Shown one piece after another: positions 1-8,017 of a stretch of DNA of 36,141 bases. The notes under the pieces are model-generated. The model saw nothing but the letters and a program-made list of their open reading frames with translations, ran no database searches and was not told the DNA's origin. Made by a program: the position numbers and the translations under genes. Origin of the DNA: a virus (taxonomy: Duplodnaviria > Caudoviricetes); the IMG/VR virus record IMGVR_UViG_3300026907_000063, positions 1-36,141 of that record; one strand, 5' to 3'. Numbering within the stretch: the first letter of the stretch is position 1; every line of letters begins with the position of its first letter.

Positions 1-1296
1 ATGGCACGCCCTGTCACCCCTCTGACTGATCCCAAGTGCGAGGCCGCCAAGCCTCGCGAGAAGGAATACAAGCTGTTCGATGGTCAGGGCCTGTACCTGG
101 CCGTGAAGCCCAGTGGCTCCAAGGTCTGGCGCTTCAAGTTCACCCGGCCGGATGGTCGGGCGGGGCTGGCCACCTTCGGTAACTATCCGGCACTGAGCCT
201 GAAGGCTGCCAGACAACGGCGTGCTGCGGCCTTGGAGTTGCTGGCGCATGGGCAGGATCCGATAGAGGCTGCCAAGGTCGCCAAGATCGAGGCGGCCAAC
301 GCCCGCGCCAATACCTTCAGAGTCATGGCCGAGGAGTGGCACGCGGCCTGTGCCCTCAAGTGGTCACCAGGGCATGCCGCTACGGTGTGGCGTAATCTTG
401 AGCTGCATGTGTTGCCGGGACTCGGTGGGCGCCCGCTGGGTGAACTGAAAACCCGCGATCTGATGCAGCCACTCAAGGCCGTGGAGAAGCGTGGCACCCT
501 CGAACTGGCCGGCCGGCTGCGCCAGTACATCACTGGCATCATGCGTATGGCTGTGCAGCATGGGCTGATCGACAGCAACCCAGCCAACGATCTTAAAGGC
601 GCCACCACCACCCGCAAGAACAACCACCGGCCAGCTCTGGCGCTGGATCGTCTGCCTGAGCTGCTGCAGCGTATTGAGGCCGATTCGGGCCGGCCACTGA
701 CCCGCTATGCGGTATCGCTCACCCTGCTGGTGTTCATCCGCTCTAGTGAGCTGCGCTTTGCTCGCTGGAGTGAGATCGATAGCGGAAGAGCGATGTGGGA
801 GATACCCGGGCAACGCAAAGCCATCGAGGGTGTCAAGTTCTCCCACCGCGGCGCCAAGATGGGTACCCCGCATCTGGTACCGCTGAGCCGCCAGACGCTG
901 GAGCTGCTCGAGCAGGTAAGGCAGCTCACCGGCCGGTTTGACCTGGTATTCCCCGGTGACCACTACCATTACAAGCCGATGAGTGAAAACACCGTCAACA
1001 AGGCCCTGCGCCGCATGGGTTACGACACGAAGGTCGATGTCTGTGGCCACGGCTTCCGCACCATGGCCTGTTCGGCACTGGTGGAGTCGGGTTTATGGAC
1101 AAAGGATGCAGTCGAGCGGCAGATGAGCCATCAGGAGCGTGACACGGTACGCGGGGCCTACATCCACAAGGCTGAGCATCTGGACGAGCGCCGGCTGATG
1201 GTGCAGTGGTGGGCGGACTACCTGGATGCGAACCGGGAGCGGTTCATTTCGCCATATGAGTTTGGGCGTGTGCTGGAGGGGTCAGGTAATGAATGA
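1..1296 (+). CDS. int: Tyrosine integrase, P4/IntA family with arm-DNA-binding domain
   Basis: N-terminal KEYKLFDGQGLYLAV..GSKVWRFKF; catalytic R (FIRSSELR), HGFR, MSH and AYIH motifs. Confidence 0.96.
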   Translation: MARPVTPLTDPKCEAAKPREKEYKLFDGQGLYLAVKPSGSKVWRFKFTRPDGRAGLATFGNYPALSLKAARQRRAAALELLAHGQDPIEAAKVAKIEAANARANTFRVMAEEWHAACALKWSPGHAATVWRNLELHVLPGLGGRPLGELKTRDLMQPLKAVEKRGTLELAGRLRQYITGIMRMAVQHGLIDSNPANDLKGATTTRKNNHRPALALDRLPELLQRIEADSGRPLTRYAVSLTLLVFIRSSELRFARWSEIDSGRAMWEIPGQRKAIEGVKFSHRGAKMGTPHLVPLSRQTLELLEQVRQLTGRFDLVFPGDHYHYKPMSENTVNKALRRMGYDTKVDVCGHGFRTMACSALVESGLWTKDAVERQMSHQERDTVRGAYIHKAEHLDERRLMVQWWADYLDANRERFISPYEFGRVLEGSGNE

Positions 1297-1392
1297 AAGG
1301 AGAGGCGCTGGATCTGGCTCAGTAGCGGTCTATGGCGGGGCAGGAGCTAGATAGGTTGGGGCGGACGCACACCATCAATGCAGTCTGTAACC

Positions 1393-2271
1393 TCAAGCCG
1401 ACAAGGAGGTCAGTGGCAAGGTGGCGGCTGCGGGTACTTTCATCCTTGACTTGAAGTACATCACTTCATCACCTAGATAGCGTTCCTGCGCTGAATATGA
1501 GAGGCCATAAGTTAGTTCCATCTTCCCCTTATACATATCGCGAATTTCTGGGGCATTGTCATAAGAGACCACCCATGGGTGCTTGAAGGTTCGCGGTCGT
1601 AGCACCTTGGCGATCGCTAGGTGATCCCAGTGATCATAATAATTTCGGTAAAGGCCCTGTCCTTTGACGTAATAGGGAGGATCAAGATAAATTAATGATT
1701 TGCTTGGTAGAAATTCGTTGCACCGGTTTAGTAGGCCTAAAGCGTCTTCGCAGTAGACCGAAATATCTTTGGCTCTTTCAGCTATTCGGGTAATCCGCGC
1801 TGCCAAATCTTCCTTTTTGAACCGTGCATCAATTTTATAGGGGCCAGTTTGATTCTTGCCACCAATAACTCCCGCTTTGAGGATGCCGGATCGATTTGTT
1901 CTATTTATAAACAAGGTGGCGAAACCGCGCTCGGCGACGCTGCAGTCTATCTCACCTTGCATCACTGATTTCCAGTGGTGCCACTGAGACATGGTTACGG
2001 GCGAGTCACGCAGCAGCTTCAATAGCTCTTCAGGGTGTTGCGTGACGGCGAGCCAGAACGAGTTCACGGCAGGATCAAGATCGTTGATGTGCACATGAGA
2101 CGCGTGTCCTTGAAGCAGCAGGGCCATAGCGACGCCAGCCCCGCCGGCATAGGGCTCTAAGTAGTGGCCGCCATGCAGACGATTCAACTGCATGACCTCT
2201 GCAATGAACGGCGCGAACCGCGCCTTCCCCCCAGGATACCGAAGGGGTGTGAAGAAGATATTGCTGGCCAT
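1393..2271 (-). CDS. D12-class N6-adenine DNA methyltransferase (Dam-superfamily; specificity unknown)
   Basis: TPLRYPGGK, SAM-binding EPYAGGAG, INDLD, catalytic IYLDPPYY, WVVSYD. Confidence 0.92.
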   Translation of the reverse strand: MASNIFFTPLRYPGGKARFAPFIAEVMQLNRLHGGHYLEPYAGGAGVAMALLLQGHASHVHINDLDPAVNSFWLAVTQHPEELLKLLRDSPVTMSQWHHWKSVMQGEIDCSVAERGFATLFINRTNRSGILKAGVIGGKNQTGPYKIDARFKKEDLAARITRIAERAKDISVYCEDALGLLNRCNEFLPSKSLIYLDPPYYVKGQGLYRNYYDHWDHLAIAKVLRPRTFKHPWVVSYDNAPEIRDMYKGKMELTYGLSYSAQERYLGDEVMYFKSRMKVPAAATLPLTSLSA

Positions 2272-2334
2272 TCAGATTTTCCTACAGGGCGCTTGGGGGG
2301 CAAGTGTACAGGCGATGCCTGAGGCTGGCCAGCT

Positions 2335-4002
2335 TCACTTTACAAGCTTGGCGGTGGCTTTCGCGGCAGCAAGGAACTCGTCCTTGAAGGCCTGAGTCTG
2401 CTCTGGATGCTCATCCAGCCATTGATGAACCAGTTTCCAGCCTTTGATCAACTCCAGTTTGGAGTTCCACCATCTTTTTGCAGCATCTCGATCATTGATA
2501 TTTAGGTTGTGCTGGAGTAAGTGCTCAGAAAGCTGGTCGCTACTTACCTTGAGTTTCTTTAAGTGCTTTCGTGTTGCTAAAAAATCGTCGTTCGGTTGAA
2601 CGAGGGCTTTGATGAATTCGTAGATGGTTTTCTCTGGTGATGCGCCTTTCCCATTAACCAAACCAGGCAGCTTTACTGTGTTTGTAAGTCCAGCGCTCTT
2701 GTGGGCATCTGCGTCGACAACTAGCAAAACCTCTTTGAAGTAAGGATCGTGTTTTGGTAGCCCTTGAAGATTGCCGCAGCCAATGCTGATTGGGATGACT
2801 TTTAGCGTTGTGTTGGTCTCAGTCTTAATTTGAGCCTTGAACTTAGTGGTTAGTAGTGCTTGCAGGAAAAAGCTCGCCTCGGCATCTTCTAGGTAACATT
2901 TCAATATTTTCTTGGGCACTTTTTCCGGCATAGGCGCCTTCAAGGCCATATCGTTGCGAATATCTTCTAGAGAGAAATCATCAGTCACTCTCGGTTGAAT
3001 CGAGTCGGTGATGTAGACCACAGAGTCTACGTGTTTTCCTTTACCGCCAATGGGGTTTGACTCAGGGTGTACGTTTTCAATTAGGCACAAAGAGTGTGTT
3101 GTGGCCACTACTTGCACATCTAGTAGTTTGGCGGAGTTTTTTATTCCCTCGATCAACTTCTGTTGAGCATGCGGATGAAACCCTGCATCTAGTTCGTCAA
3201 TCACAAGCAACCCACCAGGATAATCTGGCCACTCTCGCTTCAGCTTTCTAAATGAGGCCAAGGCTGTCGCAATAGCGCTCAGGCTATCCTGCCCCAATGA
3301 GATGCTTTTCGGGCTATGGGAATATTGTGGGTGCTTAGTGACTTTGCTTGTGCCTTTAATAGCCTGTGTTGTGATGTTGTGGAGCAAGCCAGGAGGCCCG
3401 GTGAAGCCTATTACCCTATTAATGAAGTCAGCGATGTACGTGGCATCAGAAGGATCCATTGCTGTGTCAGGTTGGTTGTCTACTAACTCTGGATCGCTTT
3501 CTCCGATGGGAAGCATTCTTGCCATCCCGAGGTAGATAGTGGGAAGCGGTACCTTAGATGAGTCACCGATCGTGAAGCCGTCACCGTTCTCTGGCACATT
3601 GCGAGGAACGACGCGCGCCTCAAGTCTAAGGAAATTTCCGTCTTTGTCGTTAATCGTTCGCTTCGTTAGCCCGCAGCGCTTTGTGAAAACACGCCCATCA
3701 ATTAAATATTCCAGCGAAGGATTTGGTAAAGCATCTGCGACCTTCTTTTGTTCTAATTCGGTTACGTAGTCCAGGTGAATGATTTCGTTTAAGCTGGCCT
3801 GAAATGTCTTGCCCATATAGCTGGTTTGCTTGGCGTTAGTTATACCGGAGCCGTTTGCAACTAATGCCAAGATGGTGGATTTACCAATCCCGTTATGCCC
3901 AGCTATGAGAGTGATTCTTTGTGCAAAATCTATCTTAAAGTTTTTCAGCTTTCTAAAAGCTGGAAATGTTACTTCTAATTTTGTGAGAGAAATCTTTTTC
4001 AC
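2335..4002 (-). CDS. ABC-type (AAA_15/AAA_21-like) ATPase fused to a C-terminal TOPRIM-like domain (OLD-like nuclease)
   Basis: Walker A GHNGIGKST, signature SLGQ, Walker B/D-loop LLVIDELDAGFHP, H-loop TTHS; C-terminal YLED..., VDAD and LPG...SPE resemble TOPRIM acidic motifs; GTG start with AAGGA RBS; visibly AT-richer than the phage core. Confidence 0.85.
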   Translation of the reverse strand: MKKISLTKLEVTFPAFRKLKNFKIDFAQRITLIAGHNGIGKSTILALVANGSGITNAKQTSYMGKTFQASLNEIIHLDYVTELEQKKVADALPNPSLEYLIDGRVFTKRCGLTKRTINDKDGNFLRLEARVVPRNVPENGDGFTIGDSSKVPLPTIYLGMARMLPIGESDPELVDNQPDTAMDPSDATYIADFINRVIGFTGPPGLLHNITTQAIKGTSKVTKHPQYSHSPKSISLGQDSLSAIATALASFRKLKREWPDYPGGLLVIDELDAGFHPHAQQKLIEGIKNSAKLLDVQVVATTHSLCLIENVHPESNPIGGKGKHVDSVVYITDSIQPRVTDDFSLEDIRNDMALKAPMPEKVPKKILKCYLEDAEASFFLQALLTTKFKAQIKTETNTTLKVIPISIGCGNLQGLPKHDPYFKEVLLVVDADAHKSAGLTNTVKLPGLVNGKGASPEKTIYEFIKALVQPNDDFLATRKHLKKLKVSSDQLSEHLLQHNLNINDRDAAKRWWNSKLELIKGWKLVHQWLDEHPEQTQAFKDEFLAAAKATAKLVK

Positions 4003-4128
4003 ATGAAGTCCTTATCAAGGCTCTGCTCTTCGCAAGGGGGCTTTACATTCCCATGGCGTTCCAAAGTAGCAATACCGTAGCCTGCACATAGGGCTCGTCC
4101 ATGCTGGTATCACGATCATGGCACAGCG

Positions 4129-4638
4129 CTACCTTTTCCTCCACTCCCAAGGCGCTATAGGATCTTTGTCCTGCCACAGTCCTATGCCGCGGGCTTTCGC
4201 TTCCCGCTCCTCGAATTTGTACTGTTTGCGCTCTTCGTCCGGTTGCTCGTTCGCATAGCGCCTGAACCACCAAGCCATGCCGACTGACAACTGTGCCCGG
4301 CCGACATCGAGGGTATGACCGCAACCCGGGCAATCGACTGGTTCGATCCAGACCGTGCCGATGATCCGGCCCCAGCGGTCGCGCTTGCTCCATTTCACCG
4401 TCGCCGGCTGACCGTGCGCGAGTTGTGACAGGCTCTGCTTGCTGCGTTGGCCGAATGGCTGCTTAGACTCGGGCGCGTCGATGCCGCGGAGACGGATCTT
4501 CTCGGCCTTCCGTCGCTCAGGATCGAAACAGCTCAGGGTATCGCCGTCACTGACGCCGACGACGTAGCAGGAGAGGGATTGCTCATCGGCCAGAACCAGG
4601 CACGGCAGAAGAGCTAGAAGGGCGATGAATCTGCGCAT
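4129..4638 (-). CDS. Secreted thermonuclease (SNase family)
   Basis: Signal peptide MRRFIALLALLPCLVLA; SNase motifs DGDT, IRLRGIDAPE, DRWGR, GMAW, GLWQD; start moved to ATG 4638 (AAGGAAG RBS). Confidence 0.9.
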   Translation of the reverse strand: MRRFIALLALLPCLVLADEQSLSCYVVGVSDGDTLSCFDPERRKAEKIRLRGIDAPESKQPFGQRSKQSLSQLAHGQPATVKWSKRDRWGRIIGTVWIEPVDCPGCGHTLDVGRAQLSVGMAWWFRRYANEQPDEERKQYKFEEREAKARGIGLWQDKDPIAPWEWRKR

Positions 4639-4675
4639 TGTGCTTCCTTGCACATAACAATCGATGAGCTGACAG

Positions 4676-5068
4676 TCAGCGAGATTCGAGAACGGCTTTA
4701 AGCCTTCTGGGAGCAGTAACAGATTGGTATCTCTGCTCGCACTCTTCAATCTCACGCAGAACTTGATCTAGTCGTTGGCGTTGCCAGGCGGATCGTTTTT
4801 CTGCGTCTCGGCAGAGCCAGAATGTCACCCCGCCGATCAGCATTGCAGCGGCATACAGGATGTTGATGCCTTCGATCAAGGTGGCGATTAGCCCGACGAT
4901 CCCAAATCCACAGCCGATTATTGCAGCAAAGGCTAAGACAGCATCCTTCCTTGTTTCCCTGCGGTGGACTGTGTCAGCAAGGGTATCCCTCTGTTGCGCT
5001 AGACGGTCAATTCTGACTTCAAGAGCTTTGGCCTCGGCGATCTCATCCCCATTCATGTCCCTTAGCAT
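4676..5068 (-). CDS. Small membrane protein with two TM helices flanked by coiled coils
   Basis: Hydrophobic AVLAFAAIIGCGFGIVGLIATLI and ILYAAAMLIGGVTFWL; GGAG RBS; 3 bp downstream of the lipoprotein gene. Confidence 0.75.
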   Translation of the reverse strand: MLRDMNGDEIAEAKALEVRIDRLAQQRDTLADTVHRRETRKDAVLAFAAIIGCGFGIVGLIATLIEGINILYAAAMLIGGVTFWLCRDAEKRSAWQRQRLDQVLREIEECEQRYQSVTAPRRLKAVLESR

Positions 5069-5071
5069 GAC

Positions 5072-5584
5072 TCACTCCGCAATGATCTGACGGTACCGGC
5101 GTGTGTACTCCTCGTAAGACAGGCCGGTTTCGCTCTTGAGCTGTTGGAGTTGCTGCTGTTGCCATTGGTCTTTTGACAGGGCGCCTGATAGCGAGGCGGG
5201 GGCTTGAGTGCTGACAGGCTTGGCCTGTGCGGCCTCGTTAAGGTTCCCGATACACTGGTATGTATGGACGACCTGGCCGGCTACGCAAGTTCCGAATCCA
5301 TCACGCTGATGGCAGTTCTGTGTCATGCCACCGAATGCCTCGGCGTCACTGTAGCCCCAGACTCGGCACTTCGATTTCGCGATCGATTGCGCCTGAGCAG
5401 GATTCACTACGGGGGATTCGAACTGGCGGAAGTCATAGGCCATATCGACCGTTCCGTCAGCGCGGCTACCGCCCATGGCATAGAAGTCTTTCTTGGTGGC
5501 GCAGCCGGTGATTGTAATGGCTGCAATCAGCACTAGGAGTGCCTTGGTTACGAGTGCCGCAGTGTTCTGATGGGAGTTACGCAT
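5072..5584 (-). CDS. YecR-like lipoprotein with C-terminal helical extension
   Basis: Lipobox ITGC; GGSRADGTVDMAYD, C..WGYSDAEAFGG, C...C...YQC pattern; GGAGG RBS before ATG 5584. Confidence 0.82.
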   Translation of the reverse strand: MRNSHQNTAALVTKALLVLIAAITITGCATKKDFYAMGGSRADGTVDMAYDFRQFESPVVNPAQAQSIAKSKCRVWGYSDAEAFGGMTQNCHQRDGFGTCVAGQVVHTYQCIGNLNEAAQAKPVSTQAPASLSGALSKDQWQQQQLQQLKSETGLSYEEYTRRYRQIIAE

Positions 5585-5697
5585 TCCGACCTCCATGCCT
5601 GAAAGGTTGCATATTGCCACCATGATGGAAGGTGTGGCTATACGGCTTTTGGCTGGAGCTGTCACCGAAGCATAAACAGATATAGACTGAATGCCAT

Positions 5698-5717
5698 CAC
5701 TGTTCGGATAGCCAGTA
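5698..5717. promoter_or_regulatory. Candidate LexA (SOS) box
   Basis: Minus strand reads TACTGGCTATCCGAACAGTG (CTG-N10-CAG, 5700-5715, with TA/T flanks) in the divergent intergenic region. Confidence 0.5.
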
Positions 5718-5825
5718 TCCGAGCGCAGCGTTTCGGCCACCCTAGCCCGACGGGGCGAAAAGCGGATTCCCCATCCGCCTGGGTGGCCGGTCTATTCAAG
5801 ATGGGGCGCCTGGGGAGGCGAGAGG

Positions 5826-6584
5826 ATGAGCAAGCTAGCGAAATTTCAGCCTTGGCTGAATGTGGAGGAAGCATCTCGGTTGCTTGGCAATCTTATCGGG
5901 GAGGAGGTTTCTGCTGAGCAGTTACATGATCTTAGTAGGCAAGGTTATCTGCCAATATATTTTCGCATACGATGTGATGTGATTGAGATTACACGCGATT
6001 CTGACGGCGATTGGCGCATAGCTGAAGAGGTAGAGTTCCAGACAAACGAGATACTTTATCCGTCTTCATACGAGGTCGTAGAAGAGTTTGTGGCGTTTAC
6101 GGCTACTTCAGGTAAAGGCGGAAAGTATATATTCTACCCTGAGTACAGCGATAGCCCTTTGCACTTTACCTCTCCGGAGTTTGATGATTATTCATTGGCA
6201 TTCTTTTATCCAGAAGATATCTATCTTATTGCTGGTTATGCAAATGCGCCTGGGGTTCTAGATTGGAAGGAGCCAATTACTCGAGAGTTCGGGGTTTATG
6301 GTGGTAGTGAGTCAGACCCTTGGGTGCCTCTTACTGTTCACTTTCCCACACCTACTGATCTTGCTGCCCCACCGCCTAAGCAAACGCAAGACTCCCCGCC
6401 ATCATATGCTCTTGCTGTCTTCGCTTTACTTGAGCTGCTTAGCAGACCAAGCCGCTCGGCTCGTAATCAAGCCGGAATCATCGGTGAGATTTTAGAGCAG
6501 TACCCAAATAAGCGCGGTCTGAGCAAGCGGAATCTTGAAATGATTTTCGCGGCAGCTAATAAAGCAGGGAAGAGATTGCCTTAA
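5826..6584 (+). CDS. Island-type putative DNA-binding regulator (N-terminal HTH-like segment, C-terminal GLSKRNLE..FA.AN helix motif)
   Basis: WLNVEEASRLL and NQAGIIGEILEQYPNKRGLSKRNLEMIFAAAN resemble proteins found between int and alpA in proteobacterial islands; GGAGG RBS. Confidence 0.6.
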   Translation: MSKLAKFQPWLNVEEASRLLGNLIGEEVSAEQLHDLSRQGYLPIYFRIRCDVIEITRDSDGDWRIAEEVEFQTNEILYPSSYEVVEEFVAFTATSGKGGKYIFYPEYSDSPLHFTSPEFDDYSLAFFYPEDIYLIAGYANAPGVLDWKEPITREFGVYGGSESDPWVPLTVHFPTPTDLAAPPPKQTQDSPPSYALAVFALLELLSRPSRSARNQAGIIGEILEQYPNKRGLSKRNLEMIFAAANKAGKRLP

Positions 6585-6594
6585 GAGGCTCTCA

Positions 6595-6628
6595 CCGCAG
6601 TTGCGGAAAAAGCTACCGCAATTGCGGT
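6595..6628. promoter_or_regulatory. Twin palindromic binding sites
   Basis: CCGCAGTTGCGG (6595-6606) and perfect ACCGCAATTGCGGT (6615-6628), 21 bp apart. Confidence 0.65.
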
Positions 6629-6944
6629 GACGCTGGCCTTCCCGCGGCTCAATCTACACCCGTCCAAACCAGCAGGCGGGTGCAGCATGTCAACTCAATC
6701 CTCTCAGCACATGACAGCTTCCCATCGGGAAAGCGCTCAGGTCATGCCTTTTCACTGCCAAGAGCAATCGTTGCGCTTCGGTGATGAAGGCTCGATGAAT
6801 GACAATGACATTGCCATCCAGTGCAGCAGGGATGTTGACCTTCGTTTAGCAACTACCAAGAGCCAGCAGCGCCTTAATGCACGGACTACTTGTACCTGGA
6901 ACTACAGGGGGCTGATTCACAATCGCTGTGGCCGCACGGATCTG

Positions 6945-7373
6945 TTATCGGCCCTTCTTGGTTGGCTTCATGCCGGCTTCTATCGCTTCCTTGTGAGCTT
7001 TTTCGATATACCACTCCACGATCTCCCCCATGCATTGGCCAACTGTCTTGCCGGAACGATCAGCCATTGCTTGCAGGCGCTCCATAATTTCCGCGGAGAT
7101 GAACAAACCCATTTCTTCGCCCCCAGGGAACTCGATCACGGCCTCAGCTGCGTCAGGAATGGGGCTCTCATCCGTGAAGGCTTCAGCATCAAGATCCAAA
7201 GCCTTGGCCAGTTTCATAACAGCACTTAGCCGCGGTGTAGAACGGTTGGTTTCATATCGGGTTATCTGAGGAAGGCTAACCCCGCTCTTATCTGCCAGCT
7301 CTCGCTGTGTCATCTGAGCTTTTGAGCGGTACCAGACGAGACGCTGGCCGAAGTCGGTGTACTTACCCATCAA
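6945..7373 (-). CDS. Prophage repressor candidate: Xre HTH plus C-terminal ribbon-helix-helix-like domain, no peptidase domain
   Basis: MTQRELADKSGVSLPQITRYETNRSTPR (Xre HTH); GLFISAEIMERLQAMADRSGKTVGQCMGEIVEWYI (RHH pattern); divergent from the early operon. Confidence 0.85.
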   Translation of the reverse strand: MMGKYTDFGQRLVWYRSKAQMTQRELADKSGVSLPQITRYETNRSTPRLSAVMKLAKALDLDAEAFTDESPIPDAAEAVIEFPGGEEMGLFISAEIMERLQAMADRSGKTVGQCMGEIVEWYIEKAHKEAIEAGMKPTKKGR

Positions 7374-7435
7374 GGCTTCCGGTTATGCAATCGAATACAC
7401 GGTACAACATCATGATACCTACCGCAGGACGATGG

Positions 7436-7500
7436 CAAATGATTGCATTTGACATGGTCTGATGCTGGGTGTTAAATGATTTTAAATGATCTAAAATGAT
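7436..7500 (+). promoter_or_regulatory. Rightward early promoter with operators
   Basis: TTGACA (7449-7454), 17-bp spacer, TTAAAT (7472-7477); palindrome CAAATG-N4-CATTTG (7436-7451) overlaps the -35; three 10-bp direct repeats ending AAATGAT (7471-7500). Confidence 0.6.
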
Positions 7501-7515
7501 TTCATGAGGTGTGAA

Positions 7516-7674
7516 ATGACCGCTAGAAAGAGGAGTATGAGCATCCGCCTACCGGAAAGCATTCATCACTGGATTGCTGAGCAGGCTGATCGAAATGGCC
7601 GGAGCATCAGCGGAGAGGTCGCTTATCGTATGAAGCGGATGATGGAACAGGATGAGGCAAGGCAGAACGCTTGA
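7516..7674 (+). CDS. Arc-like ribbon-helix-helix regulator (52 aa, absent from the ORF track)
   Basis: MTARKRSMSIRLPESIHHWIAEQADRNGRSISGEVAYRMKRMMEQDEARQNA; GAGGT RBS; Arc pattern RLP...I...A..NGRS...E...R. Confidence 0.85.
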   Translation: MTARKRSMSIRLPESIHHWIAEQADRNGRSISGEVAYRMKRMMEQDEARQNA

Positions 7675-7680
7675 AATGAA

Positions 7681-7714
7681 GAAGCCCCGGCGAGGTGAGA
7701 GTCGCCAGGGCTTC
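7681..7714 (+). other. GC-rich stem-loop between arc-like gene and alpA
   Basis: GAAGCCCCGGCGA-N8-TCGCCAGGGCTTC, 13-bp stem with one mismatch, no U-tract. Confidence 0.55.
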
Positions 7715-7747
7715 GGTAACGTCGAAACCAGCAAGGAAAACAACGTC

Positions 7748-8017
7748 ATGAAGAAAGGTACCACGGAACATGCGCAAAGCCACGCAGGCGCAGCGCAAAT
7801 CGACCCCGGCACGGTGATCATCCGCATGCCGGAGGTAGAGAGGCTGACTGGCCTGAAACGGGCCACGATCTACAAGTACCTGGCCGCTGATTCGGGTTTT
7901 CCGAAGCAGGTTCCGCTGAGCGACAGCAAGCAGCGCGGAGCCCCGGTCGGCTGGTTGTTGGCCGAGGTGCAGGCCTGGGTTCGCAGCCGTAGTGCTTTGC
8001 GCGGGGAGGCGGCATGA
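7748..8017 (+). CDS. alpA: AlpA-family regulator / probable excisionase
   Basis: IIRMPEVERLTGLKRATIYKYL...FPKQVPL...VGWLLAEVQAWV; AAGGA RBS before ATG 7748. Confidence 0.9.
   Translation: MKKGTTEHAQSHAGAAQIDPGTVIIRMPEVERLTGLKRATIYKYLAADSGFPKQVPLSDSKQRGAPVGWLLAEVQAWVRSRSALRGEAA

Noticed and set aside
1393..2271. Calling the methyltransferase dam (GATC-specific)
   Set aside because: Only family-level motifs are recognisable; specificity cannot be read from the sequence
1393..4002. Assignment to Gabija, PARIS, retron or classical type II R-M
   Set aside because: No UvrD helicase, separate AriB, RT/ncRNA or recognisable PD-(D/E)xK or HNH endonuclease
4639..5740. Upstream-extended starts in the ORF track (4755, 5740; likewise 7652, 8387, 14070, 17195, 25072)
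   Set aside because: Downstream ATGs have RBSs, avoid overlaps and place signal peptides or conserved motifs at the N-terminus
6627..7229. 200-aa ORF as a genuine protein
   Set aside because: Much of it is antisense to the repressor and it has no domain signal; kept only as a possible remnant or antisense transcript
7436..7451. Fur box
   Set aside because: AATG/CATT arms are 1 bp closer than in a Fur box; a phage operator is more parsimonious
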